45,102 nucleotides of DNA, taken from positions 1-45,102 of IMG/VR virus record IMGVR_UViG_3300046779_001827. The stretch is one strand, 5' to 3'. The first letter of the stretch is position 1. Each line of letters starts with the position of its first letter. The notes beneath the pieces were generated by a model, which ran no database searches, was not told where the DNA came from, and saw only the letters and a program-made list of their open reading frames with translations. Below, one piece after another: positions 37,230 through 45,102 of the stretch. The translations under genes and the position numbers were made by a program. Origin of the DNA: a virus (Duplodnaviria > Caudoviricetes).

Positions 37230-38294
37230 ATGAGTAAGACAATCCAAGAGCTCCTCTCGGGTCTCCCAGCTTGGGAAGCCGCGCTGGCCGAGGATGGACA
37301 CATTGACGAAGACAACAGAGTAACTATTAAGGAAGCGTTTGCATCGCCAGATGCAGCAATACTCTTCCCTAAGATTATCTCTCGCACTCTTAAAGAAGCA
37401 GCAGAGCCACAATTGTTGGTAACGCCACTTCTTTCAACAGTTCGCCTCGGAAAGGGACGCTCTTTGGAGTTCCCTGCAGTAAACGCTATCCAAGCAGCAG
37501 AGATCCCAGAAGGACAAGAGTATCCAGAGCAAGCACTCGCTTTTGCAAAGCAAATCGAGGGCAAAGTCTCTAAGAAGGGCGTTAAGCTTGCATTTACCGA
37601 AGAAGTCATTGCCGACTCACTTTGGGACATTGTTGGCCTTCACGTAAGAGCTGCAGGGCGCGCAATGGCTCGCCTTAAGGAGCAGATTGCACTAAGCCGT
37701 TTCAAGGACGCTGCAACAATCGTCTTTGACAACGACAGCGGTTCATATGATGACACAACTGGTCGTAACATCGATGGTGCCTACAACCAGACCGTTACAT
37801 GGGATGACATCATTGACATGGCTGCTGTTTTAATGGCAGAAAATCACGTTCCAACTGACTTCATTCTGCACCCACTCATGTGGTCTGTATTCCTTAAGGA
37901 TGCAATCTTCCACACAGGTGGTTCAGCAGCTGCAGTCAACACCAGCTGGGGCTATCGCCCTCAGTCCAAGGAAGCAGCACTTAATTCAACTGCTCCCATG
38001 GGCCTTAACGTAATCGTTTCACCTTTCGTAAGCTTCACTGCAAAGAATGGTTCCACCCCCGCTAAGTCAGATCTATTCTTGATCGACCGCAACGAGGTTG
38101 GCACACTTCTTGTCAAGGACGACATGAGCACCGATCAGTTCGATGATCCAAGCCGTGACATCCGCTCAATGAAGATGAAAGAGCGCTACGACATCGTAAT
38201 GCTTGGTGACGGTGAGGGTATCACTGTTGCTAAGGGTGTTAGACTAGCACGCAACTACGAGGTTCAGGTTACAAACGACGTAGCTTTGAGCTAA
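37230..38294 (+). CDS. Major capsid protein (HK97 fold)
   Basis: AAEIPEGQEYP, KKGVKLAFTEEVIADS, PTDFILHP, MKERYD; AGGAGG RBS; terminator follows. Confidence 0.85.
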   Translation: MSKTIQELLSGLPAWEAALAEDGHIDEDNRVTIKEAFASPDAAILFPKIISRTLKEAAEPQLLVTPLLSTVRLGKGRSLEFPAVNAIQAAEIPEGQEYPEQALAFAKQIEGKVSKKGVKLAFTEEVIADSLWDIVGLHVRAAGRAMARLKEQIALSRFKDAATIVFDNDSGSYDDTTGRNIDGAYNQTVTWDDIIDMAAVLMAENHVPTDFILHPLMWSVFLKDAIFHTGGSAAAVNTSWGYRPQSKEAALNSTAPMGLNVIVSPFVSFTAKNGSTPAKSDLFLIDRNEVGTLLVKDDMSTDQFDDPSRDIRSMKMKERYDIVMLGDGEGITVAKGVRLARNYEVQVTNDVALS

Positions 38295-38330
38295 TAAACC
38301 TTAGGGTGTTATAGTTACGATACCCGGGGC

Positions 38331-38367
38331 AAAGGGAGTGGTGTAAAAGCCACTCCCTTTGTTTATT
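38331..38367 (+). terminator. Intrinsic terminator after the major capsid gene
   Basis: AAAGGGAGTGG-tgtaaaag-CCACTCCCTTT followed by GTTTATT. Confidence 0.85.
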
Positions 38368-38416
38368 ATCCTATGTTTTTTTGTTACTAATATTTATAAA
38401 TGATTAGGAGATAAAT

Positions 38417-39187
38417 GTGGCGCTAAATCTGATAGAGCACGCAGAAATAAATTTAAATACTGCAATAATTAAATTTGGAAGAACAATAAAAATATCTTCT
38501 TTAAAGAATGAAAACTTTATTGTTCAAACAACAGCAGCTACTCCAAGTGTTGTTACTAATCCGTTTTTAACGATTAATACAATAACTGATTATAACCAGG
38601 TTTCTAGAACGCTCACACTTTATTGGGATACTGTTCTTCAAAGCGAAACAGAATATAAAATAAGAGTACTTAATTTTCTTGATGCGGCAAATGAGCTAAT
38701 AGCAGAAGAGCAAGTTTTATTTGAGACAACCGAAGCAGCTACGCCTTCTAGCTTTTCTTCTATTAGAGTTCCAGAAATTCAAGAAGTATACATTGAAGAT
38801 TACTCAATCAGGACTGACGCATATACTTCTGTTCAAATAATAGCTAAAAATCCTAATTTTTATATAGCATCTGTAGACCCATCTAATGGAGATTTTTACT
38901 TAGATAATTCATACAACAATGGAAGGGTCACTATTACTTTTAGTTCTAGACCAGCATCAAACTTTCTAAATAATTTCTATTTTAAAGCTCAAAGAAAAAA
39001 GATACAAAGATCACCATCAAGATGGGAAAACATATCCGCGAATGTATCGATGCACTCATGGAAACCAGAGGTATATGTCGACTTTCCCTCAGATGATGCT
39101 ACACCAGTTTATAACGAGGAAGACGCAACATATTATGAATCTGGATATAAATACAGAATTATAGTTTCTAAAGATGTTGGTGTTTAA
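38417..39187 (+). CDS. Virion protein with Ig-like beta domains, 256 aa
   Basis: AGGAG RBS; IASVDPSNG...VTITFS and YKIRV/YRIIVS patterns. Confidence 0.65.
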   Translation: MALNLIEHAEINLNTAIIKFGRTIKISSLKNENFIVQTTAATPSVVTNPFLTINTITDYNQVSRTLTLYWDTVLQSETEYKIRVLNFLDAANELIAEEQVLFETTEAATPSSFSSIRVPEIQEVYIEDYSIRTDAYTSVQIIAKNPNFYIASVDPSNGDFYLDNSYNNGRVTITFSSRPASNFLNNFYFKAQRKKIQRSPSRWENISANVSMHSWKPEVYVDFPSDDATPVYNEEDATYYESGYKYRIIVSKDVGV

Positions 39188-39597
39188 TGGCTAATTTTAT
39201 TTATAAAAAAGCAAAAGAGTCTTTTTTAAAAGGTGAAATTAATTTATATTCAAACACAATTAAAGTATTAATACTAAATAATAGTTATACGCCCAATGTA
39301 AATACACATCAATTTGTTTCGGACATTAGTTCGTCTTGTATTGAAGATAGAAGTTCTGGACTGTCTAACAAAACTGTAACAGATGGAATATTTGACGCTG
39401 ATGATATAACAATCTCAAACTATTCCGGCAACTCTTTTAATGCAGTAGCATTATATTCAGACAGTGGCTCCGATGCGACTTCTAGATTAATAGCATACTT
39501 AGATACGTCAACAGGCTTACCGTTTTCTAGCGCAAATGTCCAAGCCCCTGTTACTATAGTGTGGAATAATGATTCCACTAAAATCATAGCTTTATAA
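39187..39597 (+). CDS. Virion structural protein, 136 aa
   Basis: FDADD...LIAYLD...VTIVWN pattern typical of phage tail-associated proteins. Confidence 0.7.
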   Translation: MANFIYKKAKESFLKGEINLYSNTIKVLILNNSYTPNVNTHQFVSDISSSCIEDRSSGLSNKTVTDGIFDADDITISNYSGNSFNAVALYSDSGSDATSRLIAYLDTSTGLPFSSANVQAPVTIVWNNDSTKIIAL

Positions 39598-39605
39598 GGA
39601 ATATC

Positions 39606-39944
39606 ATGGCAACAAATTATCCAGCTTCTCTAGACAATCTAGTGAATCCTACCGCAACAGATACTTTAAACTCTAATACAGTACCACACCATTTGCAACA
39701 CGCAAATGCAAACGACGCCATAGAAGCTCTACAAACGGTTTTGGGTGTTAGTCCAGCAGGATCTCATTTAACTGTCAAAGACAGAATTATTGCAGCAGAA
39801 CAAAGTATATCTAATCAGTCTATTTTAAATGGGTTAACTGATGTTACTATAAGTGAAGCAGCAAATGGAAACATATTACGCTACAACGGCTCTCAGTGGG
39901 TCAACTACGCTGAAGGCAACCTTACCGATGGAGGAAACTTTTAA
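39606..39944 (+). CDS. Fibre-associated protein, 112 aa
   Basis: MATNYPASLD, LTDVTI..ILRYNGSQWVN, terminal DGGNF. Confidence 0.7.
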   Translation: MATNYPASLDNLVNPTATDTLNSNTVPHHLQHANANDAIEALQTVLGVSPAGSHLTVKDRIIAAEQSISNQSILNGLTDVTISEAANGNILRYNGSQWVNYAEGNLTDGGNF

Positions 39945-39946
39945 AA

Positions 39947-42634
39947 ATGGCAAATACAATTAGAATCAAAAGAAGGGCCTCTGGTGATTCCGGTGCTCCG
40001 GCGAGTCTACAGAATGCAGAGTTAGCATATAATGAAGTTAATGATGTCCTTTATTATGGTAAGGGCACAGGTGGAGCAGGCGGAACTGCAACGACAGTTG
40101 AAGCTATTGCTGGACTAGGTGCTTATGTCGGTCTTTCTGGCACTCAAACAATTACTGGAAGTAAAACACTTTCAGGAACAACCACATTTTCAGGAGCAGT
40201 TTCACTTGGGTCTTCTGCTACGGCCACCACTCAAACATCGGGAGACAATAGCACCAAAGTTGCAACAACAGCATTCGTAACTGCCGCAGTAAGCGCAGTA
40301 TCAGGTTCTTTTACCTTAGCTGGAGATGATGGATTAGCTCAGACAATTAGTCTTGGTGATACATTAACAATTTCTGGTGGAACAGGACTAACTGCTACAG
40401 CTGGTGCATCTGATAAGGTTACAATAAATCTTGACAACACAGCAGTAACAGCAGGTTCCTATGGTTCTTCTAATTCTATTCCAACTTTTACAGTCGATGC
40501 CCAAGGTCGCTTAACCGCAGCTGGTTCTGCATCAATTTCAACATCTTTTACACTTGATGCAGATAGCGGTTCAAATTTAACAATTTCTGGTGGAGATACT
40601 CTTACAGTAGTTGGTGGCACAGGCTTAACATCGGTAGCTTCTGAAACTGACACTCTTACCATTAACCTTGATAACACTGCAGTAACAGCAGGATCTTACG
40701 GTGGCGCAGCTAAAGTCGGAACTTTTACGGTAGACGCTCAGGGTCGTTTAACTGCAGCTGGTGAAACAACTATAGAAATTGCACTCGGAACTAATACTAG
40801 TGGCTCTTATGTTTCTAGTTTAGTTGCAGGAACTGGAGTCACGCTTAGTAACAACTCTGGAGAAGGTGCAACGCCAACAATCGCAATTGGCCAAAGCGTA
40901 GCAACTAATGCTAGCCCATCATTTAATGGCCTTAATCTAAACGCAGCTGGAACAATAGTTTTTGAGGGAACTACAGACGATTCTTACGAAACAACATTAT
41001 CTGCTGGAGATCCAACTGGAGATCGTACATTAACACTGCCAGATGCAACTGGAACTATAGCTTTAACTAGTGACATTACAACCGCAGTCAATGCAGTTCC
41101 GACTACTTTTACTGTTGCTGGCGATGGTGGCTCAAACCAAACTGTTACATTAGGTGATACATTGACCATTTCTGGTGGAGTAGGATTATCTTCAGCAGGT
41201 TCTGCAACAGATACAATTACAATTAATCTTGATAACACAGCTGTTACAGCTGGATCTTATGGTTCATCGACAGAAGTAACATCGCTCACCGTAGATGCAC
41301 AAGGACGTTTGACTTCTGCAAGCAACACGAGCATCAGAACTGCTACAACGTCACAAACAGGTTTAGCTTCTTTTAGTTCTTCTGATTTCGCAGTTAGCAC
41401 AGGTGAAGTAACAATTAAATCTGGCGGAGTTGACAACGCACAACTCGCAAACTCAACAATTACTCTTGGTAGCTCAACTTTAACATTAGGTTCTACTACA
41501 ACTTCAGTAGCTGGAATTACAGAACTTACTGTTGATAATATTAATGTTAACGGAAATACAATTTCTTCAACAGACACAAACGGAAGCATTGTTCTTAGTC
41601 CTAATGGAACTGGTCATGTTGACGTAGCTAGCTCAAGAATTATTCAGGTATCAGAACCAGTTGACAGCACCGATGCAGCAACAAAAGGTTATGTTGACAA
41701 TAAGGTTAGCGGTCTTACCTGGAAGAGTGCAGTCAATTTAATTGCTACAAGCAACGTATCATTAACTGGAACAACTAGTACACTAGTTATAGATGGTCAT
41801 GCTGCGTTGGATTCAGGAGATAATGGAATATATAGAATTTTGTTAACAGCTCAATCAACTGGTTCACAAAATGGTATTTACACATATACTGATGATGGAT
41901 CTAACTACACTTTAGTAAGAGCAACAGACGCAGACGTATATACTGAATTAATTGGAGCATCTGTTTATGTTGCTGAGGGTACTACGTATCAAAAAACTGG
42001 ATGGGTTCAATCTAATCACTACCTAACAGATTTTTCAAGTCAAAGTTGGGTTCAGTTTGCTGGCGCAGGAGCGTATGGTGCTGGCGATGGTTTAAGTTTA
42101 ACTGGAACTACATTTGCAGTTAGAGTAGCAACATCAGGTGGAATTGAGATTGCTGATGACCAACTCCAATTGAAGTCTGGTGTAGCTGGTGCAGGATTGA
42201 CATACTCCTCTGGAGTTATAGCAGTTGGTGGAACAGCAGATAAAATCACAGTTGATGCAGATGCAATAACAATTGCCTCAACATACGCTGGCCAAAACTC
42301 AATTACAACTTTAGGAACAATTGCAACTGGAACCTGGCAAGGTACAGCTGTTGGGCTATCTTATGGTGGAACAGGTGCAACCTCAGCCTCAGACGCTAGA
42401 ACTAATCTTGGATTGGCAATTGGCACTAACGTACAAGCTTATAATGCAAATCTTGCAGCAATTGCAGGACTTACTTCAGCATCCGATGCTCTTCCATATT
42501 TTACTGGATCTGGAACCGCAGCAGTCACAACATTAAGTTCTTTTATTAGAGGACTTCTTGACGATACAGATGCAGCAACAGCTAGAGCTACTCTTGGGGT
42601 CGACACATATACAATTGATGGTGGAACATTCTAA
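39947..42634 (+). CDS. Long fibre protein with internal repeats, 895 aa
   Basis: Three copies of GDTLT..GG.GL...INLDNTAVTAGSYG...TVDAQGRLT; DAATKGYVD; terminal IDGGTF. Confidence 0.85.
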   Translation: MANTIRIKRRASGDSGAPASLQNAELAYNEVNDVLYYGKGTGGAGGTATTVEAIAGLGAYVGLSGTQTITGSKTLSGTTTFSGAVSLGSSATATTQTSGDNSTKVATTAFVTAAVSAVSGSFTLAGDDGLAQTISLGDTLTISGGTGLTATAGASDKVTINLDNTAVTAGSYGSSNSIPTFTVDAQGRLTAAGSASISTSFTLDADSGSNLTISGGDTLTVVGGTGLTSVASETDTLTINLDNTAVTAGSYGGAAKVGTFTVDAQGRLTAAGETTIEIALGTNTSGSYVSSLVAGTGVTLSNNSGEGATPTIAIGQSVATNASPSFNGLNLNAAGTIVFEGTTDDSYETTLSAGDPTGDRTLTLPDATGTIALTSDITTAVNAVPTTFTVAGDGGSNQTVTLGDTLTISGGVGLSSAGSATDTITINLDNTAVTAGSYGSSTEVTSLTVDAQGRLTSASNTSIRTATTSQTGLASFSSSDFAVSTGEVTIKSGGVDNAQLANSTITLGSSTLTLGSTTTSVAGITELTVDNINVNGNTISSTDTNGSIVLSPNGTGHVDVASSRIIQVSEPVDSTDAATKGYVDNKVSGLTWKSAVNLIATSNVSLTGTTSTLVIDGHAALDSGDNGIYRILLTAQSTGSQNGIYTYTDDGSNYTLVRATDADVYTELIGASVYVAEGTTYQKTGWVQSNHYLTDFSSQSWVQFAGAGAYGAGDGLSLTGTTFAVRVATSGGIEIADDQLQLKSGVAGAGLTYSSGVIAVGGTADKITVDADAITIASTYAGQNSITTLGTIATGTWQGTAVGLSYGGTGATSASDARTNLGLAIGTNVQAYNANLAAIAGLTSASDALPYFTGSGTAAVTTLSSFIRGLLDDTDAATARATLGVDTYTIDGGTF

Positions 42635-42674
42635 ATATTAATGATACAATATATCATTTAAGCATGGAGAAGTT

Positions 42675-43061
42675 ATGGCCATTAATAGTGGAGGAAATAC
42701 ATCAGGACCAAGAAAAAATGATGTTCCAAACATAGTTGGAGATGACTCTACTGTAGCGGAACCAAAAATTACAGATGCAGGGTTTGATGTTGGAATAGTT
42801 AGCACAACGCCACTTGACGATCCCAATGGTGGAAACTTATCTTTGTTAGATGATGTAACATCTCAAACGCCAGCAGCAAATGCAGTATATCCAAGGAAGG
42901 AAGACGTTGATTACACTAAATATTCTCCTTATTTTCCCCCTTATTTTCCTCCTTATTTTCCACCCTATTTTCCGCCATACTTCCCCCCATATTTTCCGCC
43001 GTATTTTCCACCGTACTTTCCACCATTCTTTCCGCCGTATTTTCCACCAGTATTTAAGTAG
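42675..43061 (+). CDS. PASTA-like domain protein with (PPYF)n tail
   Basis: VPNIVG..A..ITDAGF..VTSQTPAA; Pro/aromatic repeat at the C-terminus. Confidence 0.75.
   Translation: MAINSGGNTSGPRKNDVPNIVGDDSTVAEPKITDAGFDVGIVSTTPLDDPNGGNLSLLDDVTSQTPAANAVYPRKEDVDYTKYSPYFPPYFPPYFPPYFPPYFPPYFPPYFPPYFPPFFPPYFPPVFK
42924..43055 (+). repeat. 11 x 12-bp coding tandem repeat (PPYF)
   Basis: CCNCCNTAYTTY units with synonymous divergence. Confidence 0.95.
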
Positions 43062-43067
43062 GTTAAA

Positions 43068-44654
43068 ATGGCAAATACTATAAAAATAAAAAATAGTGGA
43101 ACATCTTCAAATGTGCCTGCGTCTCTGCAACATGGCGAATTAGCGATTAACTACGCCGACGGAAAATTATATTATAAAAACAGCTCTAATAATATAGTAG
43201 AATTTACTAGCGCTGTTAGTTTAGCAGGGACTGTTTACAACACCACAATAGGCGATGGAACAAATACTTCATATACAATAACTCATAATTTTGGAAGTAG
43301 AGACGTTAGCGTTACCGTAAGAGAAGCATCTTCACCATATGGTTTAATCTTAACTTCTTGGGAAGCAACTTCTGGAAATGAAATAACAGTTTATTTTGAT
43401 TCTCCACCATCGTCCAATTCTATTAGAGTCTCTGTATATATTGCCGTAGCAGGCCTTGAGGTCGGGCCAACTGGCCCTACAGGCCCAACTGGCCCCACAG
43501 GTCCTACAGGAGCAGCTTCAACTGTTCCAGGGCCTACAGGGCCCACTGGGCCTCCAGGTCCAACTGGCCCAACTGGCCCAACTGGACTTACAGGTGCAGA
43601 CTCAACGGTTCCTGGACCTACTGGCCCCACTGGTCCAACCGGCCCTCCTGGCCCCACGGGACCAACAGGCCCAACTGGACCAGACGGTCCAACAGGCTTA
43701 ACTGGTCCTACGGGGCCAACTGGTGCTACAGGCCCAACTGGTCCGAGCGCAAATATTTCTGCAACTAATACGGTTGTTACTGGAAAACTATCTGGAGATC
43801 AGTCAATTGCAAGCAACACAAATGATGTTCTTATTTCTTTTGTCGACGACTTTGATCCCAATAACTGGTGGGATGCAACCACTAAACAGTTCACGCCAAC
43901 AATTGCCGGATATTACAACATTTCGCTCCATGCATGGTGGACTGCTGCTGGAGTAACAACAAATCAATATAATATTCAGATTAGAAAAAATGGCAATACT
44001 TCTGCAATATTCCAAAACCAAACAGTAACGGGTTCTGGTTCTTCGCAGGGCGGAAGCAGGGTTATTTATTTAAATGGAACTACTGACTATGTTGATTTCA
44101 CTGCATATAACGGAGACTCTTCTTCTAGAAGTATTCAATGGGGTGGAGCAGGTCAAGGAACTTGGTTTTCAGCATCATTACAAACTACTGGTACGGGACC
44201 AACTGGACCGACTGGACCTACTGGATCTACTGGTTCTCCAGGACCGACGGGATCTCCAGGACCAACAGGGCCAGAAGGGCCAGCTGGTTCAACTGGTCCT
44301 ACAGGACCTACTGGGCCCACTGGCCCTACTGGAGCATCAGCAAGTACTACTTTAACAATAAACCAACAGACAGCAAGCTATACCATAGTTTTAAGCGATC
44401 AAGATAAAATAGTAGAGATGAACAATGGTTCAGCAAACAACCTAACGGTTCCTCCTGATTCTTCTGTAAACTTTGCAGTTGGATCTCAGTTGACAATACT
44501 TCAAACTGGAACTGGTCAGACAACTCTCGTAGCAGGTTCCGGAGTTACAATTAATGCTACTCCAGGACTAAAGTTGAGAGCTAGATGGTCATCTGCGACC
44601 CTTATAAAGAGAGCAGCAGATACATGGGTTGCTTTGGGTGACCTTCAAGCTTAA
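43068..44654 (+). CDS. Collagen-like (GPT)n fibre protein with a C1q-like beta domain
   Basis: Two G-P-T tracts flank [11 protein letters not shown]...[11 protein letters not shown]; N-terminus paralogous to the gene at 39947 (MANTI.IK...ELA.N). Confidence 0.85.
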   Translation: MANTIKIKNSGTSSNVPASLQHGELAINYADGKLYYKNSSNNIVEFTSAVSLAGTVYNTTIGDGTNTSYTITHNFGSRDVSVTVREASSPYGLILTSWEATSGNEITVYFDSPPSSNSIRVSVYIAVAGLEVGPTGPTGPTGPTGPTGAASTVPGPTGPTGPPGPTGPTGPTGLTGADSTVPGPTGPTGPTGPPGPTGPTGPTGPDGPTGLTGPTGPTGATGPTGPSANISATNTVVTGKLSGDQSIASNTNDVLISFVDDFDPNNWWDATTKQFTPTIAGYYNISLHAWWTAAGVTTNQYNIQIRKNGNTSAIFQNQTVTGSGSSQGGSRVIYLNGTTDYVDFTAYNGDSSSRSIQWGGAGQGTWFSASLQTTGTGPTGPTGPTGSTGSPGPTGSPGPTGPEGPAGSTGPTGPTGPTGPTGASASTTLTINQQTASYTIVLSDQDKIVEMNNGSANNLTVPPDSSVNFAVGSQLTILQTGTGQTTLVAGSGVTINATPGLKLRARWSSATLIKRAADTWVALGDLQA

Positions 44655-45102
44655 TTGATTTTTGTTACAGTATAGAATGCTGGAGTGGTATATCTATGTC
44701 CAGAAATTATTTTCTTAACACCGTGTAAATAATATATGTCTCCAGGATGGGCTACAGCAAGTCCTGGTTTTGGTTTGATTTCTAGATCAAATTCAGGATA
44801 ATACAATTCTCCACCAGTAAAATTATCATTGTAATAAAATAAAGAATTGATATCATAATCAGGGAATGGATTTGGACTTCCATCATTCAATTGCTTGTCA
44901 GCATGAGGCTGTTGTTCAGTGCCGGGATTCCACTTGATAACTACAGGTGGTCTTTCGCTTAATTCAACCTTGTAGTACTCTTGCATTGCAAGTTTCATTT
45001 TTTTTATATATTTATCAATTAAATAATATATCTCTGGATTAATTTTTAATAGAATTTCACCACTACATTGTCGATTAGCCCAGTATGAAGCATCATATAT
45101 AC
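44651..45102 (-). CDS. 2OG-Fe(II) oxygenase (prolyl-4-hydroxylase-like), 5' end outside the window
   Basis: HADKQ (HxD), [22 protein letters not shown]; frame open to the window edge. Confidence 0.85.
   Translation of the reverse strand, partial: IYDASYWANRQCSGEILLKINPEIYYLIDKYIKKMKLAMQEYYKVELSERPPVVIKWNPGTEQQPHADKQLNDGSPNPFPDYDINSLFYYNDNFTGGELYYPEFDLEIKPKPGLAVAHPGDIYYLHGVKKIISGHRYTTPAFYTVTKIN

Noticed and set aside
43391-44407. Alternative-frame ORFs over the collagen repeats
   Set aside because: By-products of the stop-poor GGNCCNACN periodicity.
1-45102. tRNA or rRNA genes, including a frameshift-suppressor tRNA
   Set aside because: No cloverleaf or T-loop signature was recognised by eye in the intergenic gaps; one could lie outside the window.

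Overview
This is a segment of a large tailed dsDNA phage genome; an actinobacterial host is a tentative guess from the PASTA-domain protein and the GC-rich early genes. It has two sharply different halves. (1) 1-~12.55 kb is GC-rich and all genes are on the minus strand: about 22 small, mostly monocistronic genes plus a 779-aa protein with double-psi-beta-barrel (YonO/eukaryotic RDR-like) RNA polymerase motifs. Nearly every gene is preceded by a modular element (hairpin + T-tract + conserved TGG(G)TAG + small 5' hairpin + RBS), seen 20 times. (2) ~12.7-45.1 kb is AT-rich and encodes recA, a Clp-type AAA+ ATPase, a large DEDDh-exonuclease-containing protein, Gly-rich putative ejection proteins, terminase, tail proteins, portal, glycosyltransferase, prohead protease, decoration and major capsid proteins, fibres and a 2OG-Fe(II) oxygenase. 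Four genes in the AT-rich half (Clp ATPase, a small basic protein, terminase, prohead protease) are each broken by a +1 frameshift at the same in-frame tetranucleotide, CGGA. This suggests four-base decoding or programmed +1 recoding, although a sequencing artefact cannot be excluded. All calls are by-eye motif recognition; no searches were run.
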